Part shown: positions 10,901 through 16,983 of the stretch, piece by piece | Layout: the number at the start of each line of letters is the position of its first letter | Position numbering within the stretch: position 1 is the stretch's first letter | Source of the DNA: a virus | IMG/VR virus record: IMGVR_UViG_3300044716_000068 | DNA: 64,000 nt | Reading direction: 5' to 3' (one strand) | Notes under the pieces: model-generated | Database searches by the model: none | Seen by the model: only the letters and a program-made list of their open reading frames with translations | Told to the model about the DNA's origin: nothing | Made by a program: the position numbers and the translations under genes

Positions 10901-11721
10901 CTTCTATTTGCTGATAAGTTTTGTGTTAAACCATTGATGCTCAACGTTCTAGTTGTAGGCACTGGTGTATATCCTAATGCAGATATAATATCTCCTTGTG
11001 TAACAGGAGTGGCAGACGTCACAAGACCTTTGCCATTCACAGCCACCTTTAAAAAGGTGTTGCTTCCATAGACATTAGGATTGACTGTCTGTAATGTAAG
11101 AGTTGTAGGAGAACCTGTCATACCAGTTCCTGTTACATCACCAACAATAATGATGACACCAGAAGGAACAGCAATGTTTACAGGAGTGATGTTAGTCACT
11201 AATCCTTTTGTGTTCACTGTTACTACTGGAACCTGTGTAGTGGAACCATATGTTCCTGGGTTAGGATTAACACTAGCCAATGTAAGGACAGCAGAGCCTG
11301 GGCCACTAGCTGTACCATCTCCTGTTAGTGCTGTGATATAAGGACCTGATGGTTGGTATGATGTATTATCTAAGCTACCATCCCCTTTGACAAAGTCAGA
11401 AGAGGTTCCACCTGTTGTTATTAATGCTGCAGACTCAATTGAATCTGTAATCTTGAATGTATAGCCATTACTAAGAATGACTGTGTTCTGGGTTAAGCTA
11501 CCGCCTAGCTTCACTGGTTGACCAGGAGCTGACTGTATAATTCCATTTTGGAATATATACCCAAGACCAGCATCTCCAAACTTTGCGTCTATTTTTTGTA
11601 GAGCTGTCTGAAGATTATCATTAGTGTTGATGCCAGTGTATATTAAATTCTCACCTTCATAGAATACGCAGGTGGCATTTAGTATGACTGGACATGGTTC
11701 TGCTGAACAAGATACATCCAT
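1993..11721 (-). CDS. giant tail fibre (3242 aa): N-terminal adaptor, Ig-like modules, two collagen-like blocks, ~130 x 15-residue beta-roll-like repeats, C-terminal S74 intramolecular chaperone
   Basis: N-terminal domain YTGINTNDNLQTALQKIDAKF is shared with the 87-aa and 394-aa proteins. Two ~65-aa repeated modules (GTYGSTTQVPVVTVNTKGLVTNITPV / NVYGSNTFLKVAVNGKGLVTSATPV) are Ig-like. Long Gly-X-Y runs (GTSGTSGTDGTSG...) follow. A long array of [FST][IV]GGGxxNxASGxxS repeats comes next. The C-terminus SDCRRKNTIQDTCFGLDDIVKLRPVSYCW...YGFIAQEV matches the Peptidase_S74 / endosialidase chaperone domain. Confidence 0.9.
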   Translation of the reverse strand: MDVSCSAEPCPVILNATCVFYEGENLIYTGINTNDNLQTALQKIDAKFGDAGLGYIFQNGIIQSAPGQPVKLGGSLTQNTVILSNGYTFKITDSIESAALITTGGTSSDFVKGDGSLDNTSYQPSGPYITALTGDGTASGPGSAVLTLASVNPNPGTYGSTTQVPVVTVNTKGLVTNITPVNIAVPSGVIIIVGDVTGTGMTGSPTTLTLQTVNPNVYGSNTFLKVAVNGKGLVTSATPVTQGDIISALGYTPVPTTRTLSINGLTQNLSANRSWSVGTVTSVQLAMPPAFSITTPPITSSGTINVVATGSAAQYIRGDGTIANFTATGGTSGTSGIDGTSGTSGTSGTTGTSGTSGTDGTSATSGTDGTSGTSGTTGTSGTTGTSGSSGSSGTSATSGTSGTDGTSGTSGTTGTSGSSGTSGSSGTAGTTGTSGTAGTSGTSGTTGTSGSSGTSGSSGTAGTTGTSGTSGTDGTGGTSGTTGTSGTSGTAGSSGTAGSSGTSGTSGTDGTGGTSGTSGTSGTSGTAGTSGTSGTDGTGGTSGTSGTTGSSGSSGTTGTSGTSGTSGSAGTSGTTGTSGTSGTSGSSGTSATDGTGGTSGTSGTTGTSGSSGTTGTSGTTGTSGTSGTTGTSGSSGSAGSSGTAGTSGTTGTSGTSGTSGLQGDRYATTSSSTFTLGNAGTIIVGLGLAYTVAQSIIVVYDANNFQECEVISYNPATGSLSFAAPTRTVGSGTYTSWIVNLDGASGGDGSSGTSGTSGSSGSSGTTGTSGTTGTSGTSGTNGSGGTSGTSGTTGTSGSSGSSGINGTSGTTGTSGTSGTNGTGGTSGTSGTTGSSGTSGTTGTSGSSGTSATSGTSGTTGTSGSSGSAGSSGTSGTNGTGGTSGTSGTTGTSGSSGTSGSSGSSGVNGTSGTSGSTGTSGTSGLNGSNGTSGTAGTTGTSGTSGTNGTGGTSGTTGTSGSSGTSATSGTSGTTGTSGTTGSSGSSGTTGTSGSSGTSGTSGTSGTSGTSGSSGSSGINVGSSAVIVLGAGLCSSVRCGVTNTSSGAYSGSLSGSANASVGTYSAIAGGLSNTTQNSNSFIGGGSGNSASANMSFIGGGQGNTASGNCSTVGGGQANTATGAWSAVVGGSDNCAISPRAFVGGGYNNSASNTYSTISGGYINRASGNRSTIGGGTSNCASGANSTVAGGISNTASGACSFIGGGQGNVASAVYAAVGGGCTNVACGNFATIAGGDRNTVTATSSFIGSGYGNTASSRYSSAVGGFSNTVSNCMSFLGGGRGHTVSGCYSFIGGGYANVASAIESTIVGGGVNYAGGIYSFVGAGLCNIICSPTSSCLVLGATIAGGIGNNTTSGTWSLAACDFTVAPTKCVAGQYSFIGGGFQNRAAGEHSTASGGYKNCAIANQSTVGGGNVNKATGNASVVAGGYNGTASGNYSSIGGGFNNVASGAFASVAGGRANTSSGACSFAGAGCANTASGVYSVVAGGELNLATNARAFVGAGLQNCATGDMSGIASGCNNVSLGSHSFIGSGKLNSSSGACAAIGGGQSNNASGAHSFIGGGQNNTASSYRAAVAGGCGNTASSGYSFVGSGRANTSSGYQGTIGGGLGNIASGSRSFIGSGNSNTASGGHSIVGGGANNTASNACSVVLGGGCNIASGDLSIIGGGFGNSAPKPYASILSGYFNTNSASYSTISGGYQNFICSVSTAFGNGFAAIGGGSSNYICGAKVCAVTIAGGVGGNTTGGTWNGQRFNVAPTICTAGDFSFIGGGFQNRATNTFATIVGGCLNTASGTWSFIGGGRSNVSNGADSIVAGGASNTASGYRGFIGGGFGNTASGNCSVVGGGASNTSSNGQSTVGGGRGNSASGYLATIAGGYINTVSACYSTIAGGFSNTSSGGFSTVGGGQANLASAAHSTVSGGRANTANGNCAFVGGGCANVSGSGYSVVVGGELNQAVNTRAFVGGGLFNCATGSHSSVVGGQYVKATGTFSSAGGGCLNTASGNCSVIAGGFSHTANNGGTTISGGISNTASGACSTVGGGTTNAASGTNAAVLGGNSNTASGSQAFVGAGISNTASGYDSVVAGGLSNGATNSYATVSGGYGNSASATWSTVSGGKYNVATFSHSTVSGGESNQASAVHSFVGGGRANIASGACSFIGGGQGNCTTAVYSTVGGGYTNTASHNYSTVGGGYINSIATSSYAGTISGGYRNYMLASNGTIGGGICNWMCSAANASSGSTIAGGVGNNTSGGTWNIAGYFSVAPTTFYAAGLLSTIGGGLQNRATGACSIVGGGSGNTANCTSSTIAGGNQNATSNTYTFIGGGAANSASGYMSVVAGGFNSSASGTDSSVGGGRTNTASGTNSHIGGGLSNTASGTRSTLGGGQGNIASGNCSFIGGGCAHTASNNYSIVVGGEGNQSTGVHSFVGGGVFNCATGTRSTAVGGHNSRAIADWASVLGGLNNTANAVYSSIGGGIGNTATAGYARVGGGSFNTASGNESNVGGGASNLSSANCSTVAGGNLNKVVIGSFGFIGGGNSNCICGTGNNLGVYSVIGGGSANLINGAYGITIAGGTGGTASSYYSTVSGGRNNASTNSGSTVGGGKINTSSSNYTTVAGGISNSASGGCAFIGAGGNNIASGNASVVSGGASNTSSGYRSVVGGGSSNVATGAYSTTGGGYNNRTCQNSSTISGGYSNLIQATDATIGGGRSNTVSSAYGSYATIGGGLGNTVSASASVVAGGCGNNASGNCATIGGGNANTASVGHATVSGGQLNIASSGHSVVGGALQNTASGGCSGTFSGRYNVASGGWSFVGGGYTNTANFYRSSVVGGSNNTSSCYFAFIGGGNSNISSSYSSVVGGGSSNTASAYRSTVGGGISNTATGACSFVGGGQANISSGVWSTTVGGSDNCATSPRAFVGGGYNNSSSGAYSTVSGGYVNRATGGRSFVGGGTSNCASGLHSAIGGGCGNIVSGVFSTIGGGRGNNVVGACATVAGGDGNVGSGACTSIGGGYANIGSGVGSTVSGGYGNGGNGNYSVAGGGFVNNAFGAHSVAGGGSTNFVGSDCSIIVGGYCNCVNCFSPWSTILGGTYNCSNSTTNSHIIGSCIPGVANNYTFVNNLCQWGGGISDCRRKNTIQDTCFGLDDIVKLRPVSYCWNGDTSCHKKYGFIAQEVQQVMSCVVETNPLSRVDENGLEVIVEQGGSPILQFEKDAIYASYVNAFKELKAENDNLKDEIKMIKNILKNNNLI
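1996..2358 (-). other. Peptidase S74 / intramolecular chaperone autoproteolytic domain of the mega-fibre (predicted self-cleavage before SDCRRKN)
   Basis: SDxRxKxNI...L.PV.Y.W......YGFIAQEV matches the conserved signature of phage tail-spike/endosialidase C-terminal IMC domains. The domain is followed by a coiled-coil-like KELKAENDNLKDEIKMIKNILKNNNLI. Confidence 0.8.
2480..8690 (-). repeat. ~130 tandem 45-bp (15-codon) repeats encoding [FST][IV]GGGxxNxASGxxS beta-roll/YadA-head-like units, interrupted by three ~55-aa Cys/Trp modules
   Basis: GGG recurs every 15 residues throughout this part of the 3242-aa ORF. Three modules carrying the GGTW signature lie near nt 4975, 6490 and 7660, with consensus IAGG.GNNT.GGTW...VAPT.C.AG..SFIGGGFQNRA. 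Their exact extents were not delimited. Confidence 0.7.
8690..9480 (-). repeat. collagen-like Gly-X-Y block 2 of the fibre (9-bp periodic DNA repeats)
   Basis: GSSGTSGSSGSSGTTGTSGTTG... repeats. Plus-strand mirror ORFs (PEVPLVP...) in the ORF track come from the same periodicity. Confidence 0.75.
9705..10737 (-). repeat. collagen-like Gly-X-Y block 1 of the fibre
   Basis: About 345 residues of GTSGTSGTDGTSGTSGTTG... starting near aa 329. It is separated from block 2 by a ~90-aa globular insert (LQGDRYATTSSSTFTLGNAGTIIVGLGLAYTVAQSIIVVYDANNFQECEVISYNPATGSLSF). Confidence 0.75.
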
Positions 11722-11764
11722 AATATATTAATAATAAAAATGTGTAAGTAAATGATACGCAAAT

Positions 11765-11832
11765 AGGTGTACCTCTTTTTGTAAAGTACACCTATATACG
11801 CAAAAGTAGTTGAAATTAGTTTATTTTCAATG
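11765..11832 (-). promoter_or_regulatory. candidate Bacteroidota-type promoter (TTG-N19-TAnnTTTG) plus 8-bp perfect stem-loop in the 5-prime leader of the fibre gene
   Basis: On the minus strand, cattg is followed after 19 nt by TACTTTTG (plus-strand caaaagta at 11801-11808). An inverted repeat AGGTGTAC/GTACACCT lies at 11765-11772 and 11786-11793. TTTGCGTAT occurs twice flanking the hairpin. The element sits in the 147-bp gap between the 1704-aa gene and the fibre gene. Confidence 0.3.
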
Positions 11833-11868
11833 AGTTAGGATAAAGAATGCCACATAATATAGCATTCC

Positions 11869-14800
11869 TTATCTATTTTCTTTCTGTATAGTAACGTCAT
11901 ATTCTTTAGCAAAGTCAGCATCTAAAATAGCTAGGTATGTAACTAGTGATTTTGTGAAAGGGAACATCTTCATAGCGTTCTTTACAGGCTGTGCTTTCTT
12001 CCTTACATCTTCTGCTGTTGTTTCTGATTTCATATCAAGCCCTGTTGTTTCCATCCACACATGATCCATGAATCTACCAAAGTCTTTAATGATACCAGTT
12101 GCTGGGAATATACCTTGATCTAATAAGGATTGATAGTTAACTGGATTATAGAAGAACGAAAGCTCACCTACAAACTTATCTATCACTCTTGTTGTATATC
12201 TGTGGAAGTTCTTAGCTGCTTTGTCTTCGTCATCATCAGGTGCTATGAATCCTAGAGAGAACATCATTCCTATCAACGAACCTAAGATGGCTAATTCCTT
12301 AATCTGATTCTGTAAGTTGTTTCTTACCATATCAATGAACTGCTCCTTGGTCATGTATAATTCTTGACCTGTAGTTCTTTTATACTCCTGTCCATACTGT
12401 TCATACATCTCATTAAGCTTCTTGATACCTTCATCATTCATATTCATGATGTTGAGAAGATTGGTTTGCTTATCTTTAAATGAAGAACCAATTACAGCAG
12501 CTAGTAGACGAATACGTCCAATGTCATATTTCTCACCAATAGGTATTCCATCTTCTCCAATCTCTACAGAGAAGTCATCACTCACTCTTCTGAACTCAGA
12601 GAAACGAGTATCTGTTAATTTTGGAATCCAGTTCTTAAACAACATCATACTCTTGGTCCAGATAGACATAGACATCCTGTTGATGTCACCATCTGATAAG
12701 TTACCTGTTGCGTTTCTAGATATACGTCTAGTCAGTGTAGTGAGTCTTTGTATCTCTTCTCTATTGTTTAGATCCAAGCCAGGGATGACTAACTTACCAT
12801 CTTCTATCTTTCTAGTATTAGCAATAGACCTTGTCTTCTTTAGCTCTTCAATCTCTGCATCTATCTTAGATTTGCTTTCTGCAAACTTAGCAGCACTGTC
12901 ATATCTATCTTTATACTTACTATTTACAAACTCTCTGATACTAACTATTCTACCATTCTCCACCATCATGTTTTCAAGTAGGGTGAGGAATGTAGCTTTC
13001 TCTAATAGTTGTTCTGGTTTTCTCATAAAGACCATCAGAGTATCAGAAAGACTACCTCTAGTTAACTTACTCAAACCAGCTCTCTTAAATTCTTCATAAG
13101 AAAGATCATCTTTCAATGGCATGAATGTATTAACAAGTTCAATAAACGTTTCCTTATCTTCCTCATTAGCAAAGCTTTGTCCTATAAGTTTAGCTTCATT
13201 CTTTGCAAACTCTCTAGCCTTGAAGTAGTTTCCTGCTTGGGTAGCAATCTGAATATTACCACCAAACATGTTGGCAGCACCAGATATAAATTCAAATCCA
13301 AGTGTCTTTAACTGGAATGCTCTGTTAGCAGCATCCATTGTTTTAATCAATGATGTAGGTGTAGGATTTTCTTCAGGTGAGAAGATTTCTTTACCAGCCA
13401 CTTTGTTGATACCATTCTTAATAAAGTTTGTCACCTTATCCATGTTCAATGGTAAGTCTGCATCATCTATAGTGTATTTTTGATCATACAATAAAGATCT
13501 TAAAAACTCATCATATATCTTTGTATTCTCCTCATTACCAGGAAGTTCTTGCACATTACCATCCTTTCTAACTACATCACTGTATCTAGTGGTATTAAGA
13601 TGTCCCTTGAATGATTCAATAGTTCTTACTAAGTTTAACTGACCTTCCACCTCAGATAGATATTTGTATTTCTCTACTTGTTGGATGTATAGGATGAGGT
13701 TTTTAAATAAATCTTCACTCACCTCAGAGTAGTCATTAACTCCTGTATCAGTTTGTGTGAAGTCATATGTATAGTATTTAGGAATACCATTCTGTAATTC
13801 TCCTGTGATTTCATTGATGCTACCATAACCAGTGTCATCAGCTCTAGCTTGAAGACTGTTATAGAAGTTGTTCATAACAGACAACTTATTATCCCATATA
13901 AGCTGTTCAGCCATGCTCTTTCTAATGAATGGTAAGAAGTTCTTAGCCACCATATTGTTGATGTAACCAATATCCTTTGCCTTCTCATTATACTTAGTAA
14001 TGAAATTGTACAACTCAAGTAGGTCAGAGTCTTTTTGAATCTCTAAATATTCATCAGATAACCATTCACTCTTAGGGTGTCTTTTAACAACATAGTTATT
14101 AAAGCCATTAAAGTCTTCTCTATCTATATCCCATAAGCGTTGTGTCTCAAGTATATATTTTTCTCTTTGTTCATTTTGTTCTTCTGCTGAACCAGGATAA
14201 GAACTCTTGTTGATTCTAGCAATCTGGTTTTCTAATAAAGGAGCAGCTTCTTTTTTATAAGCTTCTACATCAATGTTATTTAATAACCATTCTTTATCTC
14301 CACCTTCACTAGCTTTTTTATCTATTTGCTCAAAGAAATCTTTATTATATTTATAGATTAGTTTGTTTACTAATCCACCTTCTGTAGTCTTTTGATAAAG
14401 CTTTTGTATAAGTTTTCTTGTATCACCACCTCTAGCAACAAGCTTATCTCTAAGACTCATTAAGACTTCCACTTCTTTAAATGCATCAGCTGAAGCATTG
14501 TTCTTTGCTGTAGATGTAAGCTTATATAACACTTGTAATGCACGTGAAGGTAGCTCTGATACACCTCTAAACCTAGCAGCCAATCCTTTGATTACTGCTT
14601 CAGCTTTGGTCAATCCTGCTACAAGGTTTCTTTGTCCTATGTGTTTATCAGCAAACTCTTCAGATGCTTTAATAATTTGCTTGATAGAAAGTCTGATAGA
14701 TTTAGATTCTGAATCTAAGTCTTCTAATATCTCCTTTCTAAGGTCTATGTTTTCTTTCTCTGCTTCTGTAGTAGCTCCCTCTTCCATGTCTGTTGTATAG

Positions 14801-16983
14801 ATTAAATAACCTATATCATCACCAATGCTTGAAAACACCTCAGAGAATCTGATGTAATTATTCATGTCATCAGCAAAGTCAGACAACTCTTCATTAGTAG
14901 AGTCTGTATCTCTAGCAGGTCTATCCTTATAGATAGTGTTATAATCATTTAAGATTCTATCACCATCTCTTCTCATCACCTGGATTACATCTACAAGAGG
15001 TTGTAAGTTTCCAGTTCCTTGTACTAAACGAATAGCTCTTCTCAGAGTGTTCATACGTTCAATCTTGAATATACGCTCTCCCTCATCACCTACTTGCTCT
15101 TTAGCATATTCACGCATTAATGCATTCAACTTACCTAATACACCATCAAGTGCTTCACTACCAGTGGTTTCTGATTCCTCAGATAGAGGAATAAGTTTCA
15201 TCTCTGTCAATGGATCTATCTTAGATTTATCTACAGAGCCTATTGCTATGCCATCTAGTTTGAATCCTTTCTTAGCATCCATCTTATCCACTCTTCCAAA
15301 CTCTAAAGAGATGGGAATAGCACGTAACATACCAAATTCTTTGATACCATAGTTTTCACGTAGGATGTTTTTGTATGTACCAATCTGAATATTGAAAGCT
15401 CCTTGCTTAAACCAAGCAACATCATTGCCTGCAATATGCATAAACTTCCAATCCAAGATGTGTGTTTTACCTTCTGGCTCTACAGCTAAGAAGTCAATTG
15501 TTCCAGCCTCTTTGTTTTTCTTATCATATATAACAACCTCAGAGAATATAAGTGTATCCTTTGGGAATGTTTCAATTAATTCTGTATAATAGTTTTCTAG
15601 AGTTTCATACATAGCTCTACTCTCTAGATTATACTTAGTAGGTCTAGGCTCAGGATACTCACGTTTAGTTCCATCCTCATTGTAGTATCTACTATGTATT
15701 TCTTCTAAGTCTCTGTGTCCAGCTACTCCTAGAGTTCTTTTAAGTTCATTGAACTTCTTCTCTTGTTCACTAAACACCTTATTGCCAAACCTTTCTTTAT
15801 ACCAAGCTTTGACCCTATCAGTTACCCTCTTTGTTATCTTTGTCCAAGTGCCATCATCATTCTTAATCTCATAGCCATTGTTAGCTTCTTCAGAATCTAA
15901 TAACAAAGGGTCAGCATTCTTTTCAGCATATTCAACCTTTCTAATATTGTTAGGATCTTGTGTCTTAGCTATGTTTTCCTGTATTACTTTTTGTTGAGGA
16001 CTAATGATTTGATAGTAAGGACCTTGTCCATTAATAATTGGAATACCTTCTATCTTACCACCAAGAATTTCACTAGCTGCTTCTCTAAATATATCTATAC
16101 TAGCTTTACTGTATAGTCCATGAATAAAGTCTTTAATCATGCTCCACCACTTCTGAACTAATGATATGTTATCTTCATTAGCTAACTCAGGGAAGTATTC
16201 ATTACCAGTACCTTCATTTACAATCACTTCAGCAATTAACTTATCTACAGCTTCCTTCTTAATCTTGCGAATGTCAGGCTTGCCATTAGGAAGTTGGTAA
16301 TCTTTATTGTCCTTGTATAATTTGTATGTTTGATTATAGATGGCAAACTTATCTATTCTAGATATCATTTGCGTAACTAGTTGAGGATTAGTCTGTTCTA
16401 TCATAGCTGTAGCTATGTGAACAAGCTCTTCTGTTAATGCTACATCTTCTTGACCCTCAGCAATAGCAATAACACCTCTAGCCAAGTCAGCTACACCATT
16501 AATGTTTGTAGTGTCTAAGCCAGTATTTTTAGCATATGTTGCTAAGTCTTCAATAGATATACCCATCTTAGTAGCAGCTTCCTTAACCTTTTCTATAATA
16601 GCAGGGGTAGCCACTGTGCTTGGGAATCCAGTTACTTGTAAGAAGTTAGTTGGTTCATCATTAGTATAATTATTATCCTCTCCTTCTGTTGTTGGTTTGT
16701 TTTCTTCTACAGCCAACTCACTATTGTAATAATCTAAATACTTCTGAGCAAGCTCATTAGATGGACTAATGAAGTAGGTTGTTCTATCTCCATAGCTTGG
16801 AGTGAGTAACATTTCTCCAAAGGCATCATTAACCTTCTTAGCAGAAAGCTCAGCTAATGTATTATCAGTTATTCTTAATGAATCTCTTTCTCCATGAATA
16901 TAGGTAAATCCACCATTATCCATAGCAAGGTCTCTTGCTGTGTCTGTAATATCAAACTTAATATCTAATATACATTTGCTCAT
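11869..16983 (-). CDS. large hypothetical virion protein (1704 aa), possibly an internal/ejected cargo protein
   Basis: Long uninterrupted ORF with a TAATG-type 1-nt overlap with the upstream 3905-aa gene. No catalytic motif was recognised. Its position among giant proteins at the distal end of the structural block suggests a virion cargo role. Confidence 0.5.
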   Translation of the reverse strand: MSKCILDIKFDITDTARDLAMDNGGFTYIHGERDSLRITDNTLAELSAKKVNDAFGEMLLTPSYGDRTTYFISPSNELAQKYLDYYNSELAVEENKPTTEGEDNNYTNDEPTNFLQVTGFPSTVATPAIIEKVKEAATKMGISIEDLATYAKNTGLDTTNINGVADLARGVIAIAEGQEDVALTEELVHIATAMIEQTNPQLVTQMISRIDKFAIYNQTYKLYKDNKDYQLPNGKPDIRKIKKEAVDKLIAEVIVNEGTGNEYFPELANEDNISLVQKWWSMIKDFIHGLYSKASIDIFREAASEILGGKIEGIPIINGQGPYYQIISPQQKVIQENIAKTQDPNNIRKVEYAEKNADPLLLDSEEANNGYEIKNDDGTWTKITKRVTDRVKAWYKERFGNKVFSEQEKKFNELKRTLGVAGHRDLEEIHSRYYNEDGTKREYPEPRPTKYNLESRAMYETLENYYTELIETFPKDTLIFSEVVIYDKKNKEAGTIDFLAVEPEGKTHILDWKFMHIAGNDVAWFKQGAFNIQIGTYKNILRENYGIKEFGMLRAIPISLEFGRVDKMDAKKGFKLDGIAIGSVDKSKIDPLTEMKLIPLSEESETTGSEALDGVLGKLNALMREYAKEQVGDEGERIFKIERMNTLRRAIRLVQGTGNLQPLVDVIQVMRRDGDRILNDYNTIYKDRPARDTDSTNEELSDFADDMNNYIRFSEVFSSIGDDIGYLIYTTDMEEGATTEAEKENIDLRKEILEDLDSESKSIRLSIKQIIKASEEFADKHIGQRNLVAGLTKAEAVIKGLAARFRGVSELPSRALQVLYKLTSTAKNNASADAFKEVEVLMSLRDKLVARGGDTRKLIQKLYQKTTEGGLVNKLIYKYNKDFFEQIDKKASEGGDKEWLLNNIDVEAYKKEAAPLLENQIARINKSSYPGSAEEQNEQREKYILETQRLWDIDREDFNGFNNYVVKRHPKSEWLSDEYLEIQKDSDLLELYNFITKYNEKAKDIGYINNMVAKNFLPFIRKSMAEQLIWDNKLSVMNNFYNSLQARADDTGYGSINEITGELQNGIPKYYTYDFTQTDTGVNDYSEVSEDLFKNLILYIQQVEKYKYLSEVEGQLNLVRTIESFKGHLNTTRYSDVVRKDGNVQELPGNEENTKIYDEFLRSLLYDQKYTIDDADLPLNMDKVTNFIKNGINKVAGKEIFSPEENPTPTSLIKTMDAANRAFQLKTLGFEFISGAANMFGGNIQIATQAGNYFKAREFAKNEAKLIGQSFANEEDKETFIELVNTFMPLKDDLSYEEFKRAGLSKLTRGSLSDTLMVFMRKPEQLLEKATFLTLLENMMVENGRIVSIREFVNSKYKDRYDSAAKFAESKSKIDAEIEELKKTRSIANTRKIEDGKLVIPGLDLNNREEIQRLTTLTRRISRNATGNLSDGDINRMSMSIWTKSMMLFKNWIPKLTDTRFSEFRRVSDDFSVEIGEDGIPIGEKYDIGRIRLLAAVIGSSFKDKQTNLLNIMNMNDEGIKKLNEMYEQYGQEYKRTTGQELYMTKEQFIDMVRNNLQNQIKELAILGSLIGMMFSLGFIAPDDDEDKAAKNFHRYTTRVIDKFVGELSFFYNPVNYQSLLDQGIFPATGIIKDFGRFMDHVWMETTGLDMKSETTAEDVRKKAQPVKNAMKMFPFTKSLVTYLAILDADFAKEYDVTIQKENR

